Shown in pieces: positions 37,455 to 50,455 of a stretch of DNA of 64,000 nucleotides (position 1 is the first letter of the stretch; each line of letters begins with the position of its first letter). Below the pieces are notes generated by a model, which had not been told where the DNA came from, did not search any database, and was given only the letters and a program-made list of their open reading frames with translations. A program made the position numbers and the translations under genes. The DNA is from Okamejei kenojei (Eukaryota), in the NCBI GenBank assembly GCA_035221665.1, contig CM069159.1:18352001-18416000 (forward strand), written 5' to 3'.

Positions 37455-38062
37455 TCAATAGACAGTAGGTGCAGGAGTAGGTCATTCAGCCCTTTGAGCC
37501 AGTACTCCGTTCCTGCCTTCTCGCCATATCCTTTGACTCCGCTATCTTTATCTAACTCTCAAAAGCATTCAAAGAATTGGCTTTGAGGCGCAGAATTCCA
37601 CAGATTCACAGCTCTCTGGGTGAAAAAGTTTTTCCTCATCCCTGTTCTAAATGGCCTACCCCTTATTGTTAAACTGTGGCCCCGGTTCCGGACACCCCCA
37701 GCATCAGGAACATGATTCCTGCTTCTAGCGTGTCCAATCCCTTAATAATCTTATATGTTTTAATAAGATCCCCTGCCATCCTTCTAAATTCCAGTGTAAA
37801 CAAGCCCAGTCGCTCCATTCTTTCAACATATGACAGACCCGCCATCCCGGGAATTTACCTCATGAACCTACGCTGCACTCCCTCAATAGCAAAAATGTCC
37901 TTCCTCAAATTTGGAGTCCAAAACTGCACACAATACTCCAGGTATGGTCTCATACCAGGGCCCTATACAACTGCAGATGGACCTCTTTGCTCCGATACTC
38001 AACTACTCTTGTTATGAAGGCCAACATGCCATTAGTTTTCTTCACTGCCTGCTGTACCTGCC
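37455..38062 (-). mobile_element. CR1/HER1 LINE 3' ~600 bp
   Basis: Tail caatagacagtaggtgcagg; minus translation [33 protein letters not shown] (CR1 RT C-terminus). Confidence 0.92.
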
Positions 38063-38069
38063 CCCTCAC

Positions 38070-39190
38070 TATGAAATCATCCATCAGTTTGTTTCCAAGA
38101 GTTAGAGAATCATAAACGATTGAGCATAACTTTAAGATAAGAGAGAAAATATTTAATAGGAGCCTTAGGGGCAACCTTTTCACAGAGAGGGTGGCAGATA
38201 GATGGAATGAGCTGCCAGAGCAAGTGGTTGAGACAGCTACAATAACAATATTAAAAATACATTTGAACAGATACCTGGATAGGAAATGTAGAGAAAGATA
38301 TGGGTCAGATGCAGGCAAAATGGATTAGCTTAAAGTGCGTATCGTGATCAGCATGGATGAGTTTGGCCAAAGGGCTTGTTTCTGTGCTGCATGGCTCTTT
38401 GATTATTTTGCGGAATGAGAAATTGCCAAAGAAATTTGACAAGTATTTCGAAGCTAGAAGTTACAGAAAAGCTGACAATTCTCGAGGATCAATGGACCAA
38501 AATCGCAAAGACTTGAAAGATTGTCAATAACGGTACTGAATGCATTGGTTGTCATCTTCCAAGATACCATTTCACCAAGAATAGTTCCCATAGATCCGCA
38601 GAGAGCAAATATAATCCTTCCATTAGAAAAGGGTGAGAGATATTTAGAGAGACCTGGGTGTTACTTTGAACCAATAGCGTAGATAAAAATTGGGTCACAA
38701 TGAGCAATTACACAGGCAAACAATATGTTGGCCCTTTGCAGGAGCATTTTAGTACAAGAGCAAAGATTATTTTGCAGACTGATTTTCTCAGCTCCCTGTT
38801 TTCAACTATGTTGGACGTATTATGCACAGGCCTGCACAGTCTCTCCACCCAAAGGAAGGATGTACATTTGAGAGAAGCAGTGTAACCAAGGTCCACCAGA
38901 TTGATTGTTGAGGAGAGACTCACAAGGAGAGACTCACTAAATTGTCTGTATAATCTGGGCATATAGATTCAAAAGAATGTGAAACATAATTTTTACGGTG
39001 CTTCACAAGATCGTTACATGGATGGTGTTTCTGCTGGTTGATGCACCCAGAAACAAGGGTCACAGATGTTGTGAAGAGATGAGATGGTGACTCTTTGGAT
39101 TTCATTCCTTTTCGAGGTCTGAGGAGACTCAATTCCTGAGTACATTCAAGACCCAAATCAACAGAGAGGTACAATATCGCAGATTTGGTC
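38070..39190 (+). mobile_element. Cluster of CR1 fragments (3' end 38070-38400 plus older RT pieces)
   Basis: ggcaaccttttcacagagagggtggcagatagatggaatgagctgccagag (GNLFTERV..RWNELPE); gagagacctgggtg and ggcaaacaatatgttggcc motifs. Confidence 0.7.
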
Positions 39191-39712
39191 TCACCAGGGC
39201 CCGATATTTGAACAATGAGACAACTTTGCTGGTTTACTCAAACCCTCTTGCCCAAGTGATTCACACAATGCTTGCTTTACAGATTGCTTTAATACCCTGT
39301 GGTAGCTTGCATTAATCTGTGAGCAAGCACACCAGTACTTCACAGTCATTTCAACCTTGCAACATTTAAAGTTTACTTTTTCTTCTACCCCCAAGTGGAT
39401 GGCTTCATGTTTTCTGATATTATATTCCATTTGTCGTCCTCACCTATCCACTGAGCCTCTATATATACTTTGAGGAAGAGCATATTTCCTGCTGTTATCA
39501 GGCTATTGGGTACTTTCAGAAGCCAGGGTACTGCCAATTCATCTCTACCTCATTGAGGACATTGGATTTTGTCTACAGAACTGATGCACTGCATTGCTGA
39601 GAATTGTATTCTGCACTCCCTCTTTGCTCCATCTGTTGTAATAGAGGTTAACGATTGGAAATCAAGGTTTTCTCTGTACCACGGTCCATGTAATAATAAT
39701 AAAACGATATCT

Positions 39713-40031
39713 TAGTTCAGTTTCATTTAGAGATACAGTGTGGAAACAGGCCCTTCGACCCACCAAGTCCACAAGGAACCAGCGATCCCCGCACATTAAC
39801 ACAAGGCTACTCACACTGGGGACAATTTACACTTATACCAAGTACACACATCCAAGCCAATTAACCTACAACCGTGTATGTCTTTGGAGTGTGAGAGGAA
39901 ACCAAAGAATCTGGAGAAAACACACGTGGTAACGGGGAGAATGTACAAATTCCGTACACCCATGGTGGGGATCGAACTCGGGTCTCCGGCGCTGCAAACA
40001 CTGTTAGGCAGCAACTCTGCCGCTGTGCCAT
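39713..40031 (-). mobile_element. HE1-like V-SINE with 8 bp TSD cgatatct
   Basis: Full head to tail; cgatatct at 39705-39712 and 40032-40039; inserted among older CR1/L2 remnants. Confidence 0.9.
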
Positions 40032-41179
40032 CGATATCTGTGCTCAACCTATATCTTAACCTATATAATTTCTTCACTTTCCTCACAGTACACATTGGCT
40101 CCCATCTTATTACCATCAGCAAATGTGGATATGTTGCACTTGGTCCCCTTAGTCAAACCATTGATATAGACGGTGAACAGCTGGGGGGGCCAGAGCACCA
40201 AACCCTACACAGCCAACACATCACAGCATTCCAACATGACAATGAACCATATACATTCTTGTTCGGTTTCCTGTCCATTAACTAATTCACAACTTGTGAT
40301 TAGCCCCGATCTTATGTAATTCATGTTTGTTTAAGCCTCTTGTGTGGCAGCTTATCAAACATTGCTGCAACTTAAAAGATTTTACATGGCACATAATTTT
40401 TAAATTGTAATTTTCAAGTGATCAATTTGAAAATGCAATTTAAGCAGCTGATTAGGCTAGGCAGCAATAGTGTGAGGCGTGTGTATGCAGCTTATTATTC
40501 CGATGTTGTCAAAGTTCAGACCTTGCAATGTCACTGCTGAATAGGGAAGAAAAAAAACTTCCCAACGGCGAGCTCTTGGTAAACATCTAGACTTCAATGC
40601 TGATTTTCTGGGTTTGAAACTGCATTCGTGTTTTTTTGCCAAATAAGCAGGCAATCTCTCAGCAGCTGTGATCTTGATCAAATGCTGGCTCATTGTTCAC
40701 TGACTCCTGTTTCCATCTCCCTCGTGTTGAATTTTCTGCCGCCCAGGAATTACAGCTTTCAGAGCTGAAGAATTAACTGTGAACAGGCAAGCAGCAAAAC
40801 AGAATCAAAAGGTGCTGCGCGTTGTTTAAGTCATTATCGGTACCTTTCACCTACATTAGCTTCTCATTAGAGGGGAAACTGAATTGAATTGTCACTGCAG
40901 AAATCCTCAAAACTGACTCAGAGGTATTTTGTTAGAAGTTGCTTTCTAGGATTGTCTGTCACCATTTTGGTTTTCTTTACCTAGTAGTAAATAAAACTTC
41001 TGATACATCCTGAGAGTTTAAGAGGTTTGCCACTGGAGGTGTCACTAGAGCTGAAGAAACTGGAACTATTCAATGTCCTGTTTTGAATTGGAATTGGGTA
41101 TCTGTAAAACACAACTGGTGCAAGGTTTTAGTGAAGAGGATTTTCTGCAGGATCCAAGACAACCCATTAAAAATATTGA

Positions 41180-41440
41180 AGAAACAAGGAACTGTCGATG
41201 CTGGAATCTTGAGCGAAACACAAAGTACTGAGTAAATCAGTGAGTCAGGCAGCATCTCAGGAGGACATGAATAGGTGACGTTTCTGGTCTGGACCCTTCA
41301 TCTGATTGATTATATTGAGGGAGAAAAAAAAACTATGACCATCATTCTGATGAGGGGTCCCAACCCGAAACATCACCTGTCCATGTCTTCCAGTGATGCT
41401 GCCTGATCCGTTGAGTTACTCCAGCAATTTGTGTTTTGCT
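41180..41440. mobile_element. Palindromic PLE-terminus element; + arm has CTGATGA variant core
   Basis: ctgatgaggggtcccaacccgaaacatcacc at about 41347; mirrored arms. Confidence 0.85.
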
Positions 41441-41748
41441 GCATAAAATATTATAGAATAGCCATCAGTTCAAGACCTCCTTTCACCACAATTGCTATCC
41501 TTGATTCTGATCTCAACAAAGCTTTCTGCTTCCTGCTTCCAACTAACCTCACAATAAAGGTCTGAAGTCTCATTCTACAAATTCATGTTCAGGAGGTCCT
41601 CTTGGAAAATATAATTTTCAATGATTCCTCAGCAACTAATTTTCCAGAAGCACTATTCAATGGACTGGAGTGAAAATGGATAAAGGCATAGCCATGAAGA
41701 GCAAGTATGTGTTTATCAAACCAAACTCAACAACTACTCACTCAGCAA

Positions 41749-42062
41749 CGGCACGGTGGCGCAGTGGTGGAGTTGCTGCCTTACAGCGCTTGCAGCGTCG
41801 GAGACCCAGGTTCCATCCCGACTAGGGATGATGCCTGTACGGAGTTTGTACGTTCTCCCCGTGACCCCGTAGGTTTTCTCCGAGCTCTTCAGTTTCCCGC
41901 CACGCTCCAAAGACTTACAGGTTTGTAGGTTACTTGGCTTGGTAAATGTAAAAATTATCCCTAGTGTGTGTAGGATAGTGTTAATACGCGGGGATCGCTG
42001 GTCGGCGTTGACCCGGTGGGCCAAAGGGCCTGTTTCCGCGCTGCATCTCTAAACTCGAAACT
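41749..42062 (+). mobile_element. HE1-like V-SINE, young (CpG retained)
   Basis: ggcacggtggcgcagtggtggagttgctgcc A-box, ggttccatccc B-box-like, V-domain, tail gggccaaagggcctgtttccgcgctgcatctctaaac. Confidence 0.93.
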
Positions 42063-45000
42063 AGCTGGCTTGCAGTTCCACAATGTTGCACTCTCTGAAA
42101 ACAGTGAAATGCTCAACCTAAGCCTGCCCTGATGTCCTCTTCAACAGATGCTATCCACTGTCGGCATCCACAGATTTCTCTTCTCAATTGTCTTCTCAAT
42201 GTTTTTGTTGTTATAATTCTTGCTGCTGATAACATGATGGATTCACTCTGGCTTGTTAATTAGCAAATAGGAATAAATTAAATACGACTCTCCATGTAGA
42301 TTTGCTTATGTCACTTACTGATGTTTTGCCTGAACAAGTACTTTGTTCTTTGCAGACTTTAATTTAATTTAAATTATTTTGGAGAAAGGCTTCTGAAAAA
42401 CATATTTGAGGAATGCAGGAAACTTATTTCATAAATCTCTTTTTAAGTTATTTTTGGATGGGGAGCTAATTTGTCTTATGATGTGGGTGTTTTTGTAATA
42501 TACAATTTTCTTACAATTAATATTTTGGAATATTTGCGAATATTAAATGGATTTGATGCACTGAAAAAAAAAGTAGTTAATGCTGAAATTTGAGAATGCT
42601 CCTAGTCCATTTACAAATCCTTTCATTTTTAATTTTAAAGATGATGCAGCATACATTTAAAAATAACCTTGACTAAATAATGCAGCATATCCTGGACCAA
42701 AATAAACAAGAACTCAAATATGTAGCTTAACTCTGGAATAGAAACAACTTTGATTTAGTGTAGGAAGGAACTGCAGATACAGGTTTAAACGCTGGGGTAA
42801 CTGAGCGGGACAGGCAGCATTTCGTGGAGTTACTTGAAGATCAATAATCTTTGATTGTGAGAATTTAATTTTTGACTTACATTTTTTTAATATTAGCTTG
42901 TCCACCATAAGTTTATAAATGTTAGGAGTGAAAGGAGAATGAGGTGCAAGAGAAATGCACTTAATGACAGTTGATTTAAAGATTGGAAATTCTTTTGGCT
43001 GCAAATTTCAGAAATTCATGCTGAATGATCAAGTCATTCGCTTCCTTTTCATAAAAGTGTCAGACGATAGCATTTGAAGACGCAGAATATTTGATTGTCA
43101 TCTGATTTTAATTGAAGTAACATAATTATTTTTACCTTCCAGAAAATTTTGAGAGGTGGTAAATACTGAGAGGAATTTAGTGCTTACTTTATAGCATTTA
43201 TATATTTTTTACATTTTAAGAATTGATTTAATGATGCTTTATTTCCTCCGCATCTCTCTGTATGTGTTACTGAGGTGCCAGGCGTGCTGTTCTGGTTTCA
43301 GCACCAACATTGCCCCTGGCGGTTCACCAGGAGCTGCATACACACAGCTTGTGGAGATTTCCTATTCTTCGTTTAGTTTCAATCCCTTCCACATCTGTGT
43401 CCCCTTCGGGGCCAAATCCACAACTCAGCTTATCACCTCCACACAGCCGAGGAATTGCAACCTGGTTGGAATAGAAGATTGAATCTCGGGGACATGACTT
43501 GGAATATAGATTTGATGGGGCACATTCAGCACAAACACATTATCCACATAAACACGTACGTTTTAGTCCTTAACACACTTTTAAGGTCTTAACACACAAC
43601 GATTGTTTGAGGCACTCCACCCAGGACACATCTCTGGCTGAGTCGAGCTGAAACAACTTTATGGTCCTGGCCTATTAACAATTTGAAGATAAATGGCATG
43701 GAAGTCAATATTTTGATTTCTGATTTTTGTAATCTTAAGTAGCACTAATTGTGTTTACACAGAGGTTTATGATAGTGGATATGATGTGATATTGCAAGAT
43801 GTATTGAAAAGAATGTAAACGTAAGATAATATTGCCGTGTTTTTTTTAATTTCTGTTGGGAATTTCAATTGGTGTGCTGAATAAACAAGGTGAACATCAA
43901 TGAACATGTATAGACCACTGCAATGAATATAATTGAGGCCCAAGTAGAACTACCTGCAATCCAGAGGGAATACCCTGTTTCCAACCTTTCAGCATTCTGA
44001 ATGACTATTAATGGCAAATGGCATTCATTGGAAGCTTGAAATTGAAATGAAAGCTAAAACTTTAACAACGTCTATTTAAACTGCTATTGATTTGTCCATT
44101 TCCCCCCAAATTTTAGATATATGTTTTCTAGCATTTAAGTATACCCTTACTGCCACTAAGCATATAAATATGATGCTGCATCTTGTAGTCTGAAATTCTC
44201 TGAAGCAAGGAGTAACCTTTGCTTCATATTATATCCAGAAACTTGCAGCTTATTTTCTAAGAATCTAGCGATTATTTTATTGTATTTATTCTACCACCAA
44301 AATTTCGATGTGAAACTGTTTTGCTTTGAATTGATTATATTGCAAAAATCCTCTTTTCCGAAATGTCTGACTCTGCTTCTAAAGGTAGGTCAAGTCTGGT
44401 TTTTAGCAAGTCAAACTCACTTCATTCTTCCTCATCAAATTTTGTTTTTTTGTGTCGGATTTTGCGTTCCACAGACACAGCGGGAAAGCAGAAATTGTGG
44501 AGTATCCCAGAAACAAGTGAATTATCCAGACACCAAATATTAACATGTCTTACTCCATTGCACCAGTACCTGACCTGTGACACTGTGCTCTCAGACATCG
44601 TTTACTCCATGAAAGCTCATAACCTTTCAAGGATTTGTACCGGCTTCCATTATATGTTCAGCCAAAGTAAACAAGCGTGATGTATTTCTTTCTCTCTTTA
44701 CAGAAGACCACTAGACTGGAAGATTAAAACATGTTTTTTTATCATTTTAAATAGATAAACTACTTATTCGGTTACTTTGGTTAAACTGGAACTAATACTC
44801 TAAAAAACAGAGTTCAAATCCTGCTCTGTGATGTGAATAATTCACTTTTTACTCAGTGTTCTCGTGAAATCCTCAAGTTATTTTAACTTGAGTAGTAGCC
44901 TATTCAATTTTTATATGACTTAATTTTCTCATGAATCTCTTTGTTATCAAATATTTTGTCATTCGCAATTTCAGAGTGATTACTATTTGTGGAAAAGCCA

Positions 45001-45559
45001 CTTAAAATTCAATGGATTATTTCCGCACAAGATATCGTGATCATTGATACAAAAATGTAGGTTGCATTTTAAGAAAAGTGACGTAACGAACATGAGAAAG
45101 CAGAAAGGTCCATGGATAGCTTTCCACTCGGCAGCCTTTATTTCTCATCCCTATTAGATTCACAGATGGCAAAACTGTACAGTTTAGTAGACTATTTCAA
45201 ATGCAACCATTTTATGTGGACTTGTATGTGGATTTAGTTGAAACTTTTTTTGGTCTGGAAAACCAATTTTCTGTAGTGTTGCTTAATTGGGGCGATCACC
45301 AAAACAAAATACAAAATGGTGGTATATTTGCTCAACGACCATGAAATTATGGTTTCCTCTCACATAGAAGTGGTAAAGCACAATTATCTCGCTATACCCC
45401 TTGCACTTATTTTTCATCTCCACCTCTGTAGCTGTAAAAGCTGTATATTCTGCACTCTAGTTATTTTCTCTATTTGCTCTACCTGGTGTACTCATTAATT
45501 GTATGATTTGACTGGACAGTGCACAAAACAGGGGATTTCACCTCATCTCAGCACACCCC

Positions 45560-45960
45560 AACGATCTTCTTATCGAGTCCACAGACGATTATAACTTGTT
45601 CAGCCAGAGCCGAACACACTTCTCGGCATTTGAATACAGTGATGACTGTCTTGCGCTTCTTGTGTGTGGTGGTGGGTAGATTGGTGAAATAGCCGCGATG
45701 TGAACGCTCTTTCCTTGACCCCACACCAACGATAATAAACTACTACTGCTGATGGGTACTGGGAGGACGGTCAGATGCAAGCATGCACCCTCCTTCACAA
45801 CTACATTAGCAGCCAGGAAAATGGGGGATATTTTGGTGGTTGGGGGAGAGTGGATATGATGGTCTGCCCTTCCCTATGGAATGGTCAAATCCTCTGCCCC
45901 AGTGATCCTTAGTCATTATAAGGAATCCTTGGGGTCATTGATCGGAGCCTCTTAGAGGCA
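45560..45960 (-). mobile_element. Unclassified RTE-like short retroelement remnant
   Basis: Begins tcttctt (AAG-type tail on minus strand), GC-richer than flanks, ggggtcattga at the far end resembling RTE 5' UTRs. Confidence 0.3.
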
Positions 45961-46295
45961 GTTTTTGTCAAATGAAGAAACAATTACTCAAGTTGATGAA
46001 ATCATTTTATCTTTGACAGTGGGGGAGTGAAGCCTGCATCTCACCCAGTCGTGCATCAGTCTAATTCCCCAAAATACGGGTTTCAATTGGAAATCGGTAC
46101 ATATACTCCAATATTATTTTATGCATCATTTATACATATAAATGTTACAAATCAGCACATATTGGGAAATAATGGCAAACTTCAATGACTGAATGATTAT
46201 GACAATCCATTAGGTCTTTTACAAAACTCCCACAGCTCATTGTCACTGTTTAATTATTAACATTTTCTTTACTGTTTTATGCTTTGCTCTAATTT

Positions 46296-46960
46296 GGGTG
46301 CTACAGTGGTGATTCTGTTAGAGCTGCTGCCTCATAATGCCAAGGACCCAAGTTCCATCTTCACCTCAGATGCTGACCGTGTGGAGTTTGCAGTTCTCCC
46401 TGTGATCATGTGGGTTTCCTCCAGATGCTCCGGTTTCTTCTCGCATCACAAAGACGACGGGTTTTGTAGGTTAGTTGGGCTCTGTAGATTTACTGTAATG
46501 TGTAGGGAGTGGATGAGAAAATGCGAATATATGGAATCAGTGTTGAGTCTTCTAAAATGTACCGAGGCACAGTGAAATCTTTGCGTGCTATCCACACAAA
46601 GACTATACATGAACACAAGGATAGTGATAGAGGGTACAACATTCACTGCAAACAAATAACAAGGAAGTCTGATAATGTCCAATTATAGAAAGTTCATAGG
46701 TCTCCAATGAGATCGATGGGAGTTCAGAACCACACTCTAGCTGATGAGAGCACCGTTCAGTTGCCTGATAATAACTGGGAAGAAACTGTTCCAGAATCTG
46801 GTGGAATGTGTTTACAAACTTATTTTATTCTTGTCTGAGGGGAAAGCGGAGATAAAGGAGTGACTGGGGTGAGAATGTAGATGGGTGACCAATGTACAAT
46901 GTGGACCCAGTGGTCAAAGAGCCTGTTTCCATGTTGTATCTCGAAACTAAACTAAACTGA
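46296..46960 (+). mobile_element. HE1-like SINE interrupted by a minus-strand Rex1/L2 3' fragment (about 46545-46875)
   Basis: SINE head and core 46296-46525, SINE tail resumes gatgggtgacc...gcctgtttccatgttgtatctcgaaactaaactaaac; insert has ccgttcagttgcctgataataactgggaagaaactgttcc. Confidence 0.75.
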
Positions 46961-48004
46961 AATGAAATTTTGATAGAAAGATACCTTCTTGCAACTGGAA
47001 CAGAGGCTACAGGCAAGGGAATCTTCTTTATTGCAGCATTAAATTGGATACAAGGATGCCTTGTACGTGAAATGGAATAACAGTTCACGAGGGAGTTGTG
47101 AGTGGGCCTGAGGCACCTTGTTGAGGAAGATAACAAGAGCTTTATTCTACATCCGATCCACATTATCACCTGACCTTGATTTTGACAGAAGATCTGAAGT
47201 GGGAGAATATTACTCACCTTGAGTACAAGAATTCATTCCGGAACTAATACTTTGGAGTACTTCTGTTCAAGTAGCCACAGGGGAGAAGGGAGGCGAGAAG
47301 AAAGATTTGAAAGTAATGGCTTGATTGTTTTCAGAAGTGACCTTTTCATAAAATGCTCATTGAGACGATGGGTTTAAAATAGGTTTGTCTTTCACTCAAT
47401 TCAGACTCATCTGTATGGAAAGAGAACGTGTTTAAATATCAGAATGCAATTTTCAGAAATTTGAACCATAGAACTGTCTTCGAGACAGAAAATATGATAT
47501 TTGCTAGTAATAGCAAGGTGCCTGTATCTGAACTGTTCAGCAGCAATTATGAAGATGCTGTTTTGTAATGTTGTTAGCTGCTATAAGCTGATATGATTTG
47601 CCTGGGGCTTGCAGTTCATAATAGGCACCAGTGCAAGTTACATGTTTGGGGAAAAAGAGACTTAGGTTTTATTAGAATTCTGCTAATGCTGTATCTTTAA
47701 AGGCTTGCACCTCCACTGAAATAATATTCTGCCCTGATAATATTTTGCTGATATTAATTCACACTGTGTACAAAACCTCTGGGAAGGAACACAAATATAA
47801 CAGCATTGCAGCTTGCAAAATTTTGCTGTATTCATTTAAGTACAAAACATAATACGTTATTATTTGCTACAGCCATTAAAGATTAGTACAACTTCATATG
47901 CATACTTCCTGGAGCCCAATATTTCCATTCCTTGGTGAGTATTCAAATCATTTTCAGTTTTTGTTTTTCACATTGTAGATATTCTTCTGAAAGCTTTGTT
48001 GCTG

Positions 48005-48135
48005 TTCAGACTGAAGAAGGGTCTCAACCCAAAATATCACGTGTTACTTTTCTCCAGAGATGCTGTCTAACCCGTTGATACTCCAGCTTTTTGTGTCTAT
48101 CTTTGGTTTAAACCAGCATCTGTAGTTCCTTCCGA
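48005..48135 (+). mobile_element. PLE-terminus arm
   Basis: cagactgaagaagggtctcaacccaaaatatcac...aaccagcatctgtagttccttcc. Confidence 0.8.
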
Positions 48136-48844
48136 CACTTCTCCCGATGACCATATGGGATTATCTTAGCGGCTTCGGATCCCTCCCACATTGCAAAGAT
48201 TTCCTGTAAATCACCTGGGTTTTGGGGGAGTCCTCGGCAAATTGGCATGGATGTGGAATAGCTAACGGGGAAGTTGATGAGGGGATAGGATTGCTCTGAT
48301 GTCCCGCATAGACTCAATGTACAGAATGCCCTCCCTTTTTGTAAGTAAAGACAACTGAAAAAGGGAAAAGAGGATGGATATAGGAAAGCAATTCTGAGTT
48401 GCCATTTAAGTTTGTGGAGCTCATGCTTCAATTGGTCAGAATCATGAATAATTTTTGAAAATGAAAGAAGTGATATGAAGTGACTTGCATGCATATAATT
48501 GGAAGACGGTGCTATCTTGTCAGCATCATCAGTGATCAAGTATTGGAGTCAAGTATGAATTGGATGAGCGATTGGAGTCAAGTATGAATTGTCCTCCTGG
48601 TGGGTCCTTTCTGCGTGTCGAGTTTTCTGAAGAGGCTGATCCAGAAGCCGGAGACTATATAGTCTTCCCTCCAAGGTGATGCCTGCGCATGACGTATTTT
48701 AATGTGGAGAGACTGCTGCATGGACAGTCACCAAACGATAATAACCAGGAACTACAGATGCTGGTTTACCAAGGAAGGACACTTAGTTACTTGCTGGAAT
48801 AACTCAGCAAGTCAGGGCAGCATATCTGGAGATAAAACTGTTAC

Positions 48845-49127
48845 TACGTGCTCCTTAACAGAGTCAGCCGCAGGTCCATCAACATGGACTCCACCACAGT
48901 TGGGAATCTCTCCTGGCCTCTGAGCCCATGTGGTACGCCACTGGCCGACTAGTCACCATCGCTTACACGCTTCACCATTGGGGTTTTCTTCGTGGGCCGC
49001 ACTTTGTGAGGAACCTCTTCTTTGACCAGCCTGCCAAGGGCGATCCTGCCAGAAGCATATTGCCAAGAGCATACCTTCTATGGAGACGCATGCTTCACCT
49101 CGGCAAGGTAGTAACCTTGGGAGAGGC
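48845..49127 (-). mobile_element. RTE-clade LINE 5' UTR fragment
   Basis: Reverse strand begins gcctctcccaaggttactaccttgccgaggtg...atgcttctggcaggatcgcccttggcaggctggtcaaagaagaggttcc, resembling RTE/BovB-type 5' termini. Confidence 0.5.
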
Positions 49128-49514
49128 TGCAGTGTATTAGTATTTAAGATGTGGTTTAAATGATTAAAAATATAGTAATTGCTGGAAACACTCAGCAAGT
49201 CAGACAGAATTTATGGAGATAGAAAGTGTTCATTTTTTGAATCAATGGCCTTCCTTGGATGGTTATCAATCTATTACATTGACTTAATTTCACTCCGGTC
49301 GTTATCTTAATATTTTCTATCACTTCCTCATGATAATTAAAAGCTACAGTTGTTTGCACTCAATGGGATATTTATGCACATGGCGAATTCCATAACACAG
49401 AGGGTGTTTTTGAGGAAAATATTTTGAATATAATGCTACCTTCTGGCGGTGGTTCCAATCAGAACTGGTAGTCTTTGGGCATTGAAACTGTACCAAATCC
49501 TTGACTTTTCTTCC

Positions 49515-49820
49515 TGAGCCGGAATCTGTGGAATTCATTGCCGAGACGGCCGTGGAGGCCAGGTCTTTGGGTATAAAGCGGAGATTGACAGGTTCTTGAT
49601 TAGTAAGGGTATCAAGAGCTTGCATCCTTTTCAGGACGGACGATGACAGCGAGGTCAACATTTGTAACAAGATGGACACAAAAAGAAGAAGAAGGGTATC
49701 AAAGGTTACGGGGAGAAGGCAGGAGAATGGGGTTAGGAAGGAAAGATAGAGCAGACATGTTCAATGGTGGAGTAGACTCAATAGATCGAATGGTGTAATT
49801 TTGCTCCTATGACTTAAGAA
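49515..49820 (+). mobile_element. CR1/HER1 3' end carrying a 76 bp insertion with 11 bp TSD
   Basis: gaatctgtggaattcattgcc (NLWNSLP) and 3' UTR; aagggtatcaa at 49605-49615 and 49692-49702. Confidence 0.85.
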
Positions 49821-50239
49821 CAGGCTTGTACTGTGTGAATGTGTGAAGTCCAGGATGTTTAGAATTAGAAGATCAGAAAACTGCCTTCAGAATGTACACT
49901 GAGTTGCTTCTTGTTCAAGAAAATGGAAGGAAACAATTTTGGAATCTGTGGAGAGGGAATCCAAGTTAGTGTTTTAGATGGATGATCCGTTGCTAGATCA
50001 GGGGAAGACAGAGAATAGAGTCCAAACCTGTTCCCCTCCACCAACACACCCATTCTGCTTGACTTCATTAATTCTCACACAGAACAACTAATCCGTCAAC
50101 ACCCCTCATTCTCTCCAGATCAAAAGTGTGGTGGTGAAAACCAACATGGACCAAGCTTTGCCTGACTTTTTGTGGGATGCATGAAATAGTTATTTTTTTA
50201 CTGTACGATACAGGCCCTTTTCCACAGTTCCTTTCTCAA

Positions 50240-50455
50240 TACATCAGCAGCGACATTAGTGCTGTTCTGCATGCATATAGAATTCAAGTGTTATTACTTT
50301 TCCCTGCAATTTCCACCCTGCATGTACCTTCACATGGCTCATCCCTGATTCTTCCCTTTCTTGCTGGATTTCATCTCCATCTTAAAAGACACGATAATGA
50401 CTATCTCTCTGAAAAACCACGGACTCGCACAGCTATCATGACTGTAAGAATTCCA
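50240..50455 (+). mobile_element. Penelope-like element RT thumb fragment, decayed
   Basis: Frameshifted translation CNFHPACTFTW...TDSHSYHD matches the PLE NFHP..KFT...KPTDSHSYLD motif. Confidence 0.7.

Noticed and set aside
41749-41830. tRNA gene
   Set aside because: A/B-box-like head continues directly into the SINE body and tail; it is a tRNA-derived SINE head.
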